Of a stretch of DNA of 64,000 bases, positions 48,994 to 59,004 are shown piece after piece; the stretch's first letter is position 1, and each line of letters starts with the position of its first letter. Under the pieces are notes generated by a model. That model saw nothing but the letters and a program-made list of their open reading frames with translations, did not search any database and had not been told where the DNA came from. The stretch spans positions 1,120,001 through 1,184,000 of the forward strand of contig CAVYGB010000010.1 of assembly GCA_963767925.1 (NCBI GenBank), written 5' to 3'. This DNA is from an uncultured delta proteobacterium. GTDB taxonomy: Bacteria > Myxococcota_A > Polyangia > Fen-1088. The position numbers and the translations under genes were made by a program.

Positions 48994-49947
48994 TTGAGCC
49001 GCTCACTGAAGATCTTCGCCGGCAGCAGCCACCCCGCGCTGGCGCGCGCCATCGCCAAGCACGCGAAGGTGCCGCTCGGTCGCCTCCGCATCACCCGGTT
49101 CTCCAACGAGAACATCAAGGTGAAGATCGACGAGAACGTGCGCGGCTCCGACGTGTTCGTCATCCAGACCTCGGCCTCGCCCCTGTCCGACCACATCGTC
49201 GAGCTGCTGATCCTCATCGACGCCCTCAAGTTCGCCTCCGCCGCCCGCATCACCGCCGTCCTGCCCTACTTCCCCTACGCCCGCAGCGACAAGAAGGACG
49301 AGGCCCGCATCTCGATCACCGCCCGCCTGATGGCCGACCTGCTCGAGACCTCCGGCGCCGATCGCGTGTTGACGATGACCCTGCACGCCCCCCAGATCCT
49401 GGGCTTCTTCCGCCGCCCCGCCGATCAGCTCCTGGCCACCCCCATCCTCAAGCGCCACTTCAAGCGCACCCGCCTGACCGATACGGTTGTCGTCGCGACC
49501 GACGCCGGCGCCGGCAAGATCGCCGGCCACTTCGCCAAGCGCCTGGGCCTGCCCATGGCGGTGATCGACAAGCGCCGCCTCGACGACTCGGAGAACGCGC
49601 TCAGCACCGCCCTCATCGGCGACGTCGAGGGCCGGGACACCATCATCTACGACGACGAGATCGCCACCGGCGGCAGCATCCAGGAAGCCGCCCGCATCCT
49701 CCGCGCCTGCGGCGCCCGCCGCGTGCGGGTCGGCGTCACCCACGCCGTGCTGTCGGGCCCCGCCCTCGAGCGCCTGGAGGCGGCCGCCCTCGACGAGCTG
49801 GTGGTCACCGACACCATCCCCGTCTCCCCCGACAAGATCCGCGCCCTCCCCGGCCTCAAGGTCCTCTCCACCGCCAAGCTGTTCGCCGACGCCATCGTCC
49901 GCATCCACCAGGGCCGCAGCGTCAGCGCCATCGTCGACCAGGCCTGA
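48994..49947 (+). CDS. prs: Ribose-phosphate pyrophosphokinase
   Basis: FSNENI, PYFPYARSDKK, LHAPQI, IDKRR, DDEIATGGS. Confidence 0.95.
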   Translation: MSRSLKIFAGSSHPALARAIAKHAKVPLGRLRITRFSNENIKVKIDENVRGSDVFVIQTSASPLSDHIVELLILIDALKFASAARITAVLPYFPYARSDKKDEARISITARLMADLLETSGADRVLTMTLHAPQILGFFRRPADQLLATPILKRHFKRTRLTDTVVVATDAGAGKIAGHFAKRLGLPMAVIDKRRLDDSENALSTALIGDVEGRDTIIYDDEIATGGSIQEAARILRACGARRVRVGVTHAVLSGPALERLEAAALDELVVTDTIPVSPDKIRALPGLKVLSTAKLFADAIVRIHQGRSVSAIVDQA

Positions 49948-50072
49948 CCCCCGCCCGGCCCCGGCCCGGCCCCAACCAGGTCCGACGTCCGGGTTGACCG
50001 CGCCCCCGCGCCTTCCTTGACGCGATGCTACCGACGGTGAGATAGTCCCCGGGAGGGCACCGTGGTCGGCGC

Positions 50073-53000
50073 ATGAAGCAACCCGGGACCCAGCAGGACG
50101 AGGACGAGGGCCTGGCCGTCCCGGGAGGGGCGCAGGCGGAGCGGTACACCGTGATCGGGGAGCTGGGGCGGGGCGGGCTGGGGCGCGTGTTCCTCGCGAC
50201 CGACGAGGCGCTCGGGCGGCCGGTGGCGATCAAGGAGCCGCTCGCGCCCACCGCGGAGGGCCTCGCCCGCTTCCAGCGGGAGGCCCGCCTGACGGCCCGC
50301 CTGCAGCACGCGGGGGTGGTGCCGGTCTACGACGTGGGCGCCTGGGCCGGCGGCGAGCCCTTCTTCGTCATGAAGCTGGTGCAGGGTCGCTCGCTCGAGG
50401 ACGCCATCGCCGCCGCGGGCTCGCTCGAGCGCCGCCTCGGCCTGCTGTCGCACGTGCTGGCGGCGGCCGACGCCCTCGCCTACGCCCACGACGAAGGGGT
50501 CATCCACCGCGACCTCAAGCCGGCGAACGTCGTCATCGGCGACTACGGCGAGACCGTCGTGATCGACTGGGGCCTTGCCCGATCGGACGCGGAGCCATCG
50601 GAGGCTGCCCTGGCGGAGCGCGCCCGCAGCGCTCCGCCGGCCGGGGGGCGGCGGCGGGCCAATCCCGCGGCGGCGCGGGCCTCCCTCGAAGACGCGGGCG
50701 GCGGGCTCACCGAGGACGGCCGGGTGCTCGGCACGCCACAGTTCATGCCCCCCGAGCAGGCAGCCGGCGCGGCCGTGGACGCGCGCGCGGATGTCTACGC
50801 CCTCGGCGCCGTGCTCTACAACGTCCTCGCGGGCGAGGGCCCCTACCCCGGGCCGGATCCGGCGGAGGTGCTCTTGCGGGTCCAGCAGGGGCCGCCGCCC
50901 CCGCTGCGCCAGCGCGTGCGGGGCCTGTCCGGCGATCTCGCCGCCATCGTCGAAAAGGCGATGGCCCGGGACCGCGGCCAGCGTTACCGGTCGGCCTCCG
51001 CACTGGCCGAGGACCTGCGCCGCTTCCTCGACGGACAGCTCGTGGCCGCCCAGCGCTACTCGGGGCCGATGCTCCTCCGGCGCTGGCTGCGCCGCCACCG
51101 GGCGACGGCCGCGCTGCTGGCCGCGCTCGCCGTCTCGGGCGCCGCCGGCGTCGTCGGCGTGGTCCGCCAGCGCGACCGGGCGGTGCAGGCCGGCCTGACG
51201 CTCGAGGCCCGGCAGAACGCCCTCGTCCTGCTCTCGGCCGAGCGCAGCGCCGCCGACGAGCCGACCGCCGCCGCCGCCTGGCTCAAGCGGCACCATCCAC
51301 CCGCGGGCCAGGCCTGGCGGGCGCGGGTGCTGGCCGAGGAGGCCGCCGCGCTCGGCGTGGCCCGGCACGTGTTCACCTTCGCGCGCCCGCCCCGGGCCGT
51401 CGCGGTCTCCGTCGAGGAGCCCCGCCTGGCGGCTGGCTGGGGCGACGGCCAGCTCACCCTGCGGGACCTCGAGACCGGGGCGGCGATGCCGCTGCCCGCC
51501 CACCCGGCGGCGGTGACCCAGCTCGCCTTCGCCCCGATCGGCAAGCGGTTGGCGAGCGGGGACGCCGGGGGGACGGTACGGCTGTGGCGCTCGGACGGGC
51601 GGTTGACCGGGCAGCTCCGGTTGCCCGGCGCGATCACGCGGCTGGCCTTCGCCGCCGACGGCCGCCGGCTGGCCATCGCGAGCGGCCCCCGCGCCATCCA
51701 GGTGGTGGCCGTCGAGAGTCCCCGGACGGAGGTGTCGTTCGATCTGCCGACCCGGCTAGCGGGCCTCGCGTTCTGCCCGGGCACCGGCAGCCTCCTCGCC
51801 AGCGACTTCGAGGGGCGCGTCTTCGTGCTCGACGGGACCGCCTCCGGCAAGCTGGCGCCCGCCCCCCGTCCCCTCGCCGCCCACCACGCGGACGCCAGCC
51901 TGCTCTGCCTGGCCGGCGGGCGGCGCTTCGTCAGCGGGGGCGTCGACGGCGCCGTCCGCCTGTGGGACCTGGCTGACGGCTCGGGTCGGGTGCTCGGCCG
52001 GCACGACGACTGGGTGACGAGCCTGGTCGCCTCACCCGACGGCCGCCTCGTCGCCAGCGGGAGCGGGGACGACACGGTCCGGGTGTTCTCCCTGGCCGAC
52101 CGGGCGCCCCGGGTGCTGCGCGGGCACGCCGACACCGTGCGGGGGGTCGCCTTCTCGGCCGACGGGCAGCGGCTGGCCTCCGTCGACGCCGGATCGACCG
52201 TCCACATCTGGGACCTGCCCGCCGGCGAGATCGTGCGGCGCTACCGGGCGCTGCCCGCGCCGACTACCCAGCTCGCCCTGGCCGGCGGAGGCCGGCACAT
52301 CGTCGTCGCCGGCCCGCTCGAGGCCCGGGTCTGGCCGTTCGAGGCCCTGGACCGGCGCCTGTTGCGCGGACACGAGGGTCCCATCACCGCCCTGGCCTGG
52401 TCGCCGGACGGGCAGGCCCTGGCGAGCGCCAGCCGGGACCGCACCCTGCGCGTCTGGCCGCTCGGCGGCGGCCCGGCCCTGGTGACGGGGCCGCTGCCGG
52501 CCTGGACCCTCTTCGTGCGGTTCCTGGGTGGCTCCGGCCAGGTCCTCGTCAACACCCGCCTCGGCGTGCCCCGGCTGTTCGACGTGGCCACCGGCGCGAG
52601 CCGGCCGGTCGCCGAGCAGACCGGGCACTATTCGGTGCCCGCCAGCCAGGGCGACCGGCTGGCCTACCCGGTCACCGGCGGCGTCGTGGTACAGGACCTG
52701 GCCCGCGGGACGAAGCTCCGGCTCGAGGAGGCCCCGATCGGCCTCGTCGCCCTCGCCTTCACCCCCGACGGCGCGGCGATCGCGCTCGCCACCCGCGACG
52801 GCACGGTCGGGTTATGGAGCGCCCAGACCGGCCGCCGGCAGATGCAGCGAGCCACCGGCGAGCGCCTGTACGAGCTGGCGATGTCACCCGAGGGCGGCAG
52901 GGTCGGCCTGCTGACCGCCAGCAGCCGCCTGCTCCTCTGGGATCTCCGCTCGGGGAGCCTGATCGAGGCGCCCACCGAGGGCCAGAGCGGCAGCGGCCTC

Positions 53001-53420
53001 CTCTTCACCGGCGATGGACGTGCGCTCCTCTACCGCTCGGCCGACCAGGCGGTCCGGGTCGTCGACGCCGAGCGCCTCACCACCCGGGTGCTGCGCGGCC
53101 ATCGGGCGCGCGTCCTCGATCTCGCGGTGGCGGCCGGTCCCGTGCCCCTGGTGGCCAGCAGCGACGCCAGGGGCTTCGTGCGTCTGTGGGATCTGCGCAC
53201 CCTCGCGACGGCGGTGCTGGCCGCCGGCGACGGGGCGGTCGAGCAGATCGCGTTTTCACCCGACGGGCGATCGCTCGCCACCGGGAGCCAGGACGGCAGC
53301 ATCCGGGTCTGGGACGTCGCCGGGATACCGCTGCACCCGGCCGGCGACGATCCCGGCGCCTGGGTGGCAGCGCGAACCAGCGTGGCCATCGACGAGCGCG
53401 GCCGGGTCGCGACGCCCTGA
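50073..53420 (+). CDS. Ser/Thr protein kinase with WD40 repeats
   Basis: GRGGLG, HRDLKPAN, DWG, GTPQFMPPEQ; many GH...WD repeats. Confidence 0.93.
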   Translation: MKQPGTQQDEDEGLAVPGGAQAERYTVIGELGRGGLGRVFLATDEALGRPVAIKEPLAPTAEGLARFQREARLTARLQHAGVVPVYDVGAWAGGEPFFVMKLVQGRSLEDAIAAAGSLERRLGLLSHVLAAADALAYAHDEGVIHRDLKPANVVIGDYGETVVIDWGLARSDAEPSEAALAERARSAPPAGGRRRANPAAARASLEDAGGGLTEDGRVLGTPQFMPPEQAAGAAVDARADVYALGAVLYNVLAGEGPYPGPDPAEVLLRVQQGPPPPLRQRVRGLSGDLAAIVEKAMARDRGQRYRSASALAEDLRRFLDGQLVAAQRYSGPMLLRRWLRRHRATAALLAALAVSGAAGVVGVVRQRDRAVQAGLTLEARQNALVLLSAERSAADEPTAAAAWLKRHHPPAGQAWRARVLAEEAAALGVARHVFTFARPPRAVAVSVEEPRLAAGWGDGQLTLRDLETGAAMPLPAHPAAVTQLAFAPIGKRLASGDAGGTVRLWRSDGRLTGQLRLPGAITRLAFAADGRRLAIASGPRAIQVVAVESPRTEVSFDLPTRLAGLAFCPGTGSLLASDFEGRVFVLDGTASGKLAPAPRPLAAHHADASLLCLAGGRRFVSGGVDGAVRLWDLADGSGRVLGRHDDWVTSLVASPDGRLVASGSGDDTVRVFSLADRAPRVLRGHADTVRGVAFSADGQRLASVDAGSTVHIWDLPAGEIVRRYRALPAPTTQLALAGGGRHIVVAGPLEARVWPFEALDRRLLRGHEGPITALAWSPDGQALASASRDRTLRVWPLGGGPALVTGPLPAWTLFVRFLGGSGQVLVNTRLGVPRLFDVATGASRPVAEQTGHYSVPASQGDRLAYPVTGGVVVQDLARGTKLRLEEAPIGLVALAFTPDGAAIALATRDGTVGLWSAQTGRRQMQRATGERLYELAMSPEGGRVGLLTASSRLLLWDLRSGSLIEAPTEGQSGSGLLFTGDGRALLYRSADQAVRVVDAERLTTRVLRGHRARVLDLAVAAGPVPLVASSDARGFVRLWDLRTLATAVLAAGDGAVEQIAFSPDGRSLATGSQDGSIRVWDVAGIPLHPAGDDPGAWVAARTSVAIDERGRVATP

Positions 53421-53489
53421 CCGCCAGCATGCCGGCGACCCCGGGCCGCGCGCGGCGTCCCGGGGTCCGTCGATCGGCGCCGCGGCCCC

Positions 53490-55250
53490 CTACTTGAGCT
53501 GACGGAAGGTCCCGCCCGCGGCGTTGACCACCCAGGGGCCGCCGGGACCGACCGAGATCCGGGAGGCCTGCCCGTCCAGCAACTGGATCCAGTTCCGCTT
53601 GAGCGGCGCACCGGAGCCGCCGCACGAGCCATCACCGACGGCGGGCTGCTCCTGCCAGGCCCAGATGAACGGCTCCGAGGGGATGCCGACGATGAAGGCG
53701 TGCGCGGTCGGCGCCCCCGTGGCAAACGTGATGCCGATGTCGGCGGCGAGCCCGGGCAGATCCGGCCAGCTGGCCGGGGCCCCGGGGTTGGCCGAGGTTC
53801 GATAGAAGATGTGGCTGTTGCCGTTGATCACCCAGGGACGCCCCAGCATGTCGACGGCGATCCGGGTGGCCAGGCCGCCCGAGATCTCCTGGGTCCACCC
53901 GCTGCCGTTCCACTTCTGGACGGTTCCTCCTATCGCCCCCCCGCTGCAGTCGAGCATCCAGACCGAGCCGTCCGCGCCGGCGCCGATGTCCCGGGCGCAG
54001 CCCACGAGCGGCGTCCAGCTCCCGCTCGTGGCCGAGCTGGAGGTCTTGCGGAAGATCCCGCCGAAGGAGTTGACCACCCAGGGTATCTGGTTGAAATCGA
54101 CAGCGATCGCGACCGCCGCCGAGCCGGGGGCGCTGTCCTGGGTCCATCCCGATCCGTTCCACTTATGGATGTCGAAGCCCCCCGTGCGGGACTCGCAGCC
54201 GATGCGCCAGACCGGTCCCGACCCGTCCCCGTTGTACCCGACGGCGATGTCCTTGCCACAGCCGGGCGTGCCCACCCAGCCGTTGTAAAACGGGGTCACC
54301 GCCACCGTCTCGTCGAAGGTGAGCGTCCGCCGCTGGACCCCGATGAGCGTGTCGGAGGACATGGCCGAGGCCAGGACGCTCGAATGGCAGAGCCCGAGGA
54401 CGTGGCCGATCTCGTGGGTGACGGTGGTCTGGAAGTCGAGCGCGTTGCCCGGAGTCGGCGTGGCCGTGGACCAGACGAAATTCGTCGGCGTCGAATCGAA
54501 CTTCATGCTCCAGAGCGCGGGATGAAAGTCCGGGAAGAAGGACTGGGCGGGCGTCGGGATAGAGTCGAAGAAGAGGACCATCATCGGGGAGGTCGTGTTC
54601 TCGACGAAGTTCAGGTCCACCTTGCCCTGCCAGGTCGCGAAGGCCGCGAGGACCGCCGCCCGGGCTGCCGCCGTGGGGAGGATGGAGGTGCTGGGAGGAA
54701 CGAACTGCCAGGTCAGCGTCGAGCCACGGGCATGTTTCGAACCCTGCAGGGCGAACTTATCGTTCGGATCGACGGGCGCGATCCCCTCTGGCACCGCACA
54801 GCGGGGCGCGCGCATGCGCGTCCGCGTCGCCGCGTCGACGAGACCGGTCGCGGCCGCGCAGCTGCTCTGACCCTGATAGGCGCGCACCGCGGCCTCCGTC
54901 GCCGGGTCGTACACCCCCGGCGTCGGCGCGGTCGGCACGATCGGGCGCCAGCGCGGGTACCGCTGCGCCAGCTCCGGGCTGGGGAAGTAGCCATGTCGGG
55001 TGAGGTAGTCCTGCACCGCGCGCACGTCCTGGCCTCGTGACCCTGGCCCCAGATCGCGATCGAGGATCGACATCGCCTCGGGCGAGCCGGCCACGAGACC
55101 GCCAGCGGCCGGATCGCCGGCGGGCCAGTCGGCCCCGCATCCCGGCAGGGTCGCCGCGAGGGGGGTCAGGGCCAGCAATGGCAGGAAACGCCGGAGGGAA
55201 AACCAGAGCGGTGCGCGTTGCGATGGGAGTCGGGATTTGACGTCGGTCAT
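53490..55250 (-). CDS. Matrixin (M10) zinc metalloprotease lipoprotein with PG-binding-like pro-domain and tectonin repeats
   Basis: AAGGAG RBS; LPGC lipobox; PRCAVPE; HEIGHVLGLCH; Met-turn SAM; repeated W...GCAxDI/PWVVN units. Confidence 0.88.
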   Translation of the reverse strand: MTDVKSRLPSQRAPLWFSLRRFLPLLALTPLAATLPGCGADWPAGDPAAGGLVAGSPEAMSILDRDLGPGSRGQDVRAVQDYLTRHGYFPSPELAQRYPRWRPIVPTAPTPGVYDPATEAAVRAYQGQSSCAAATGLVDAATRTRMRAPRCAVPEGIAPVDPNDKFALQGSKHARGSTLTWQFVPPSTSILPTAAARAAVLAAFATWQGKVDLNFVENTTSPMMVLFFDSIPTPAQSFFPDFHPALWSMKFDSTPTNFVWSTATPTPGNALDFQTTVTHEIGHVLGLCHSSVLASAMSSDTLIGVQRRTLTFDETVAVTPFYNGWVGTPGCGKDIAVGYNGDGSGPVWRIGCESRTGGFDIHKWNGSGWTQDSAPGSAAVAIAVDFNQIPWVVNSFGGIFRKTSSSATSGSWTPLVGCARDIGAGADGSVWMLDCSGGAIGGTVQKWNGSGWTQEISGGLATRIAVDMLGRPWVINGNSHIFYRTSANPGAPASWPDLPGLAADIGITFATGAPTAHAFIVGIPSEPFIWAWQEQPAVGDGSCGGSGAPLKRNWIQLLDGQASRISVGPGGPWVVNAAGGTFRQLK

Positions 55251-55380
55251 GTGCGCTCTCCTTCGAAGCGGGATCGCCTCGATCGAGGGGGATGGCGCCG
55301 GGCGATCTGTCGCAAAGAATTCCACCCCCGCTCCACCGGCCACCTTCTCGCTGGCCCGGCCATTGGTTATCGTCGAGAAG

Positions 55381-56223
55381 ATGGCCGCCCCGCCTTCGCC
55401 CCCCGCCTGGCACCCACCGGGCTGGCACGAAGCGCTCGCGGCGGCGGACCGGGCCGGGCGGACGGCCTGGCCAGGGGTCACGCTCAGCAGGGAGCGCTTC
55501 ACCGCCCACGCCAGCGCCCTGGGCGCCCGGCCCGAGGACCTGGCGGCACACGGCGCCGACCTGTTCCTGGCTGGCGCCTGCGCCGACGGTGATCCGACCG
55601 CCCTCGATCGGTTCGAGGCCGAGATCCTCCCCATCCTGGACGCCCACCTCGAGGGCATGCGGCTCGGGCCGGCGACCGCGGACGAGGTCCGTCAGAGCTT
55701 GCGGGTGCTCCTCTTTACCGGACCGGCGATGCAGATCGTCACCTACTCGGCCCGGGGCCACCTGATCTCCTGGCTGCGGACGGTGGCCACCCGGGTGGCG
55801 TTGAAGGTGCTCCGCCAGGCCGATCGGAGGTCGGAGCGGCTGGCCGGGGAGGTCGTCGATCGGTTGCTCGCCAGCAGCGCCGATCCCGAGCTGCATGCCC
55901 TGCGCGCGCAGGTTGGCGCCGCCTTCCAGCGCGCCCTCGAGGAGAGCCTGGCCGCGCTCGCGCCGCGGGCCCGGTCGGTCCTGCGGCTGCACTACGTGTG
56001 CGGTCTGAACATCGACGCCATCGGCCGGCTCTTCGAGGTGCATCGGGCCACGGTCGCGCGCTGGTTGAGCGCCACCCGGACGGTGATCCTCAGCAACCTG
56101 CGCGACCGGTTGCGGCCCGACGGGCGCCCGACCTCCTCGGAGTTCGAGAGCCTCAGCGCGGCCCTGCGCGACGACTTGCACATCAGCGTCGACCGCCTGC
56201 TGCCGCCGCCGGAAGGCGGGTGA
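55381..56223 (+). CDS. Myxobacterial-type ECF sigma-70 factor
   Basis: DLFLAGAC..GDPTAL, YSARGHLISWLR, LRLHY..GLNIDAIG..FEVHRATVARW. Confidence 0.88.
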   Translation: MAAPPSPPAWHPPGWHEALAAADRAGRTAWPGVTLSRERFTAHASALGARPEDLAAHGADLFLAGACADGDPTALDRFEAEILPILDAHLEGMRLGPATADEVRQSLRVLLFTGPAMQIVTYSARGHLISWLRTVATRVALKVLRQADRRSERLAGEVVDRLLASSADPELHALRAQVGAAFQRALEESLAALAPRARSVLRLHYVCGLNIDAIGRLFEVHRATVARWLSATRTVILSNLRDRLRPDGRPTSSEFESLSAALRDDLHISVDRLLPPPEGG

Positions 56224-57303
56224 CTACCGCCGGCGGCGCGGCCGTCCGCTCGCGGTGAGGGCCAGCAGCAGGAGGAGCGGCAGGGGCGAGGGGGGGGCGC
56301 CGGGGGCGAGGGGGCCGGCGGAGGTGCAGCCGGTGGCCCCGGGATCGTCGAGGGGGAGGGCCAGGCAGGGATCGCCGCAGTCGGAGCGGCAGATCGTGGA
56401 GGTGGTGCTCGCCTGCGCGCACAGGTCGTCGCGGGCGCGCCGGGCCCGGGTGAAGGTCTCGAGGGGCTCGAAGGCGCCGTCGGGACGGAAGGCGGTGTTG
56501 CAGCCCTCCGGCGTGGTGACGTAGTCGGGTCCGCCCCCTTCCAGGACGGCGACCAGAGCGCCGGCGCTGTCGAACGCGCCGCCGCCGGAGGCGCCGGCCA
56601 CCGTGTCGGTGCTCGCCACCAGGTGGTCGCCCCAGGGCTCGCCCGCGTCGGACACGATTCCCCCTCGATCCGACTTCATCGGCGCGCCGCCGCCGCTGCC
56701 GATGAAGGTCAGCCCCTCGCCCCGCTGCAGGACCGTCGGGTCAGACCGGAACGCGACCGGCGCCCGCGGCGGGCGGACCGAGCCCCGCAGGCGCAGCCAG
56801 GCGTAGTCGATGGGGCGCCGCGACCCGGGCTGGCTCTCCAGCTCGGCGGCCACCCCGCTCACCTCGTACAGATCGCCCTCGCCGACCAGGAGCTCGCCGG
56901 GCGCCCGCAGGTGATAGCCGAAGACGACGGTGATCTCGCGGAGCGGAATGGCGTGGGCGCAGTGGCCGGCGGTCAGCACGAGGTCCCAGTCCACGAGGAC
57001 GCCCGAGCAGAAGGCGGCGGCTGGCTGCTCGGCGAAGGCCTCGCCGGGACAGAGCTGGGCCCGCTCCCCGATGGTGGGGGCCACGATGCGCACGCCGGAC
57101 GGCGTCCGCCGCACGTACCGGCGGGCGATCAGCGCCACCATGGATCGCTCCATGAGCGTCCGCTCCGCCGCCCCGGAGTCGAAGTACTCCCGCCGGTCGT
57201 CGCTCCCGTACACGATGGCCCGGGTCTGCACCTCGGTCGCGGGGGCCGGGCCCAGGCAACCGGCCAGCAGGAGGACGAGCGGCGAGAGGCGCTGGGGCGG
57301 CAC
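56224..57303 (-). CDS. Trypsin-like S1 serine protease with MYXO-CTERM-like tail
   Basis: LAGC lipobox; IVYGSDDR; LTAGHC, DYA, GASGG; C-terminal GC...LLLLL...RRRR. Confidence 0.88.
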   Translation of the reverse strand: MPPQRLSPLVLLLAGCLGPAPATEVQTRAIVYGSDDRREYFDSGAAERTLMERSMVALIARRYVRRTPSGVRIVAPTIGERAQLCPGEAFAEQPAAAFCSGVLVDWDLVLTAGHCAHAIPLREITVVFGYHLRAPGELLVGEGDLYEVSGVAAELESQPGSRRPIDYAWLRLRGSVRPPRAPVAFRSDPTVLQRGEGLTFIGSGGGAPMKSDRGGIVSDAGEPWGDHLVASTDTVAGASGGGAFDSAGALVAVLEGGGPDYVTTPEGCNTAFRPDGAFEPLETFTRARRARDDLCAQASTTSTICRSDCGDPCLALPLDDPGATGCTSAGPLAPGAPPSPLPLLLLLALTASGRPRRRR

Positions 57304-57333
57304 GTTTTTCCCGATGAGGGGGGGTGCGGCCGA

Positions 57334-58446
57334 TCAGCGAAAGTTCTTGAGCAGGGCGGAGACGCCTTCGGGCTGGACGTCGACGGCGGCGGGGTGGTAC
57401 CCGCAGCGGGCGAGGACGACGGTGTGCAGGTCCCAGTCGCGGCCGCGGAAGCTGGCCCGCAGCTCGGCGGGCGAGTGGCGGGACGGCTCGCGGGTGAGCT
57501 CGAGCTCGACCCAGAGGGCCTTGCGCTGGGTCTTGACCAGCCAGCTATGCATGCCGTCGACGTAGGCCCGGCGGACCTCGGCCGGGAGGTATTCGATGAA
57601 GATGGTCTGGTAGGCGATGATGAGAGTGTCGGGGGGCAGGTCCCCGGTGGCGGCCTCGAGCTGGGCGGGCATCTGCTCGGCGGCGGCGGTCTCGACCCGC
57701 GGTCCGGTCGGCTCGCTGGCGCAGGCCTCGCGGAAGGCGGCGGTGGCAGCCTCGAGGCGGTTGATCCGGTGCTGCTCGCCCGGCCAGACGCAGGCCCGCA
57801 ACCAGGCCAGGGCCGAGTCGTCGTTGGCGTCGAGGGGGCGGGCGTCCAGGCCGAGGCGCAGGCGCACCTTGGGCGACTGGACGATGGGCAGGGCGTGACC
57901 CGCCCCGTCGGTCCAGACGGGAGGGAGGCGGTCCCCGATCAGGTTGAGGCCGGCGCTGGCGCCGAGGTCGACGAGGGCCAGCGGGCGCGCGCCGAGGTCG
58001 GCGCCGAGCAGGTGGGCGGGCCACAGCCAGGCCACCGAACGCGAGGTCTCGTTGGTCTGCACCGCCCGCTGGGCGAAGCGGCTGTACATGAAGTGGCGCT
58101 CGGGCGAGAGGGCGGCGAGCACGGCGGCGCGGTTGACGGCCATGCGCGAGGGCGGCTCGGCCGCGATGGCCGCCCAGAGGGGGTGGGACTCCCCCTCCTC
58201 GAAGGCCGAGGCGCGCAAGGTGGCGAGCAGGAGCAGCGGGCGCTCGTAGGTGGCCTCGAAGCGGCGGCCGGCCCAGGGGGCCTCGAGCCGCCGCCGCAGC
58301 ACGGGTCCCTGCTCGGGCTCGGTGAGCAGCACGAGCAGCTCCTGCAGCAGGCGCACGTAGCTCGGCACGCGCGAGCCCACCATGCGGATCCACTTGGTGG
58401 CGTCGCCCTCGAAGCCGACCAGGCCCACCATCATCGGGCCTCCCAT
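57334..58446 (-). CDS. DUF2332 family protein
   Basis: VQTNETSRS, LVDLGASAGLNL, WLRACVWP, RLEAA; start uncertain. Confidence 0.85.
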   Translation of the reverse strand: MGGPMMVGLVGFEGDATKWIRMVGSRVPSYVRLLQELLVLLTEPEQGPVLRRRLEAPWAGRRFEATYERPLLLLATLRASAFEEGESHPLWAAIAAEPPSRMAVNRAAVLAALSPERHFMYSRFAQRAVQTNETSRSVAWLWPAHLLGADLGARPLALVDLGASAGLNLIGDRLPPVWTDGAGHALPIVQSPKVRLRLGLDARPLDANDDSALAWLRACVWPGEQHRINRLEAATAAFREACASEPTGPRVETAAAEQMPAQLEAATGDLPPDTLIIAYQTIFIEYLPAEVRRAYVDGMHSWLVKTQRKALWVELELTREPSRHSPAELRASFRGRDWDLHTVVLARCGYHPAAVDVQPEGVSALLKNFR

Positions 58447-58599
58447 GCCGGGAGGAAGCCGCACCTCCCGCCGAGAGCCTGGCCCGGCCCGGTCACGGCG
58501 AGCCGACCGGGGACCGCCCGCACGGGGCCGGCCCCGGTCCGCCCGGGCAAAGGCGACGGCACCCCGGCCGCGAAGCGGCCCGGGCGGCCAGGCCTGCCC

Positions 58600-58908
58600 A
58601 CGCAGCTTGCGGAGGTTGTCCTGGCGACGTTTGGCGGTCTCGAGAGGCGAAAAACGGCTCCCCTCCTGCTCGATGAGATGATAGTCCACGCCTCCGACCG
58701 TCTCGGCAGCTTCCAGGATCCTCGGCCAGGCACCGCTGCCCTCTCCCAGAAGGACTTTGTATCCCTTCTCCTTGTCGGGCGACCAGTCTTTCAGGTGGTA
58801 GGGCTCGACGCGCCCTGGTTGGCCTCGATGGACCGCCACCGGGTCGCCACCCACCGCCAGAAAGCTGGCGGTGTCGAGCTGGAAGCCGGAGTCACCTCCG
58901 CATAACAC
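58600..58908 (-). pseudogene. C-terminal remnant of a sugar phosphate isomerase/epimerase TIM barrel
   Basis: FQLDT...GGDPV...HLKD...LGEG...IEQE motifs with no N-terminal half. Confidence 0.7.
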
Positions 58909-59004
58909 GGACGCACCACCTCCCGGAAGCGGGTCCTGCGGGAACGCACGGGCCAGCTTGCGGCCCCGCGACAGGCCGGCCGGAATGGGTCACAATCGAA
59001 GGGC

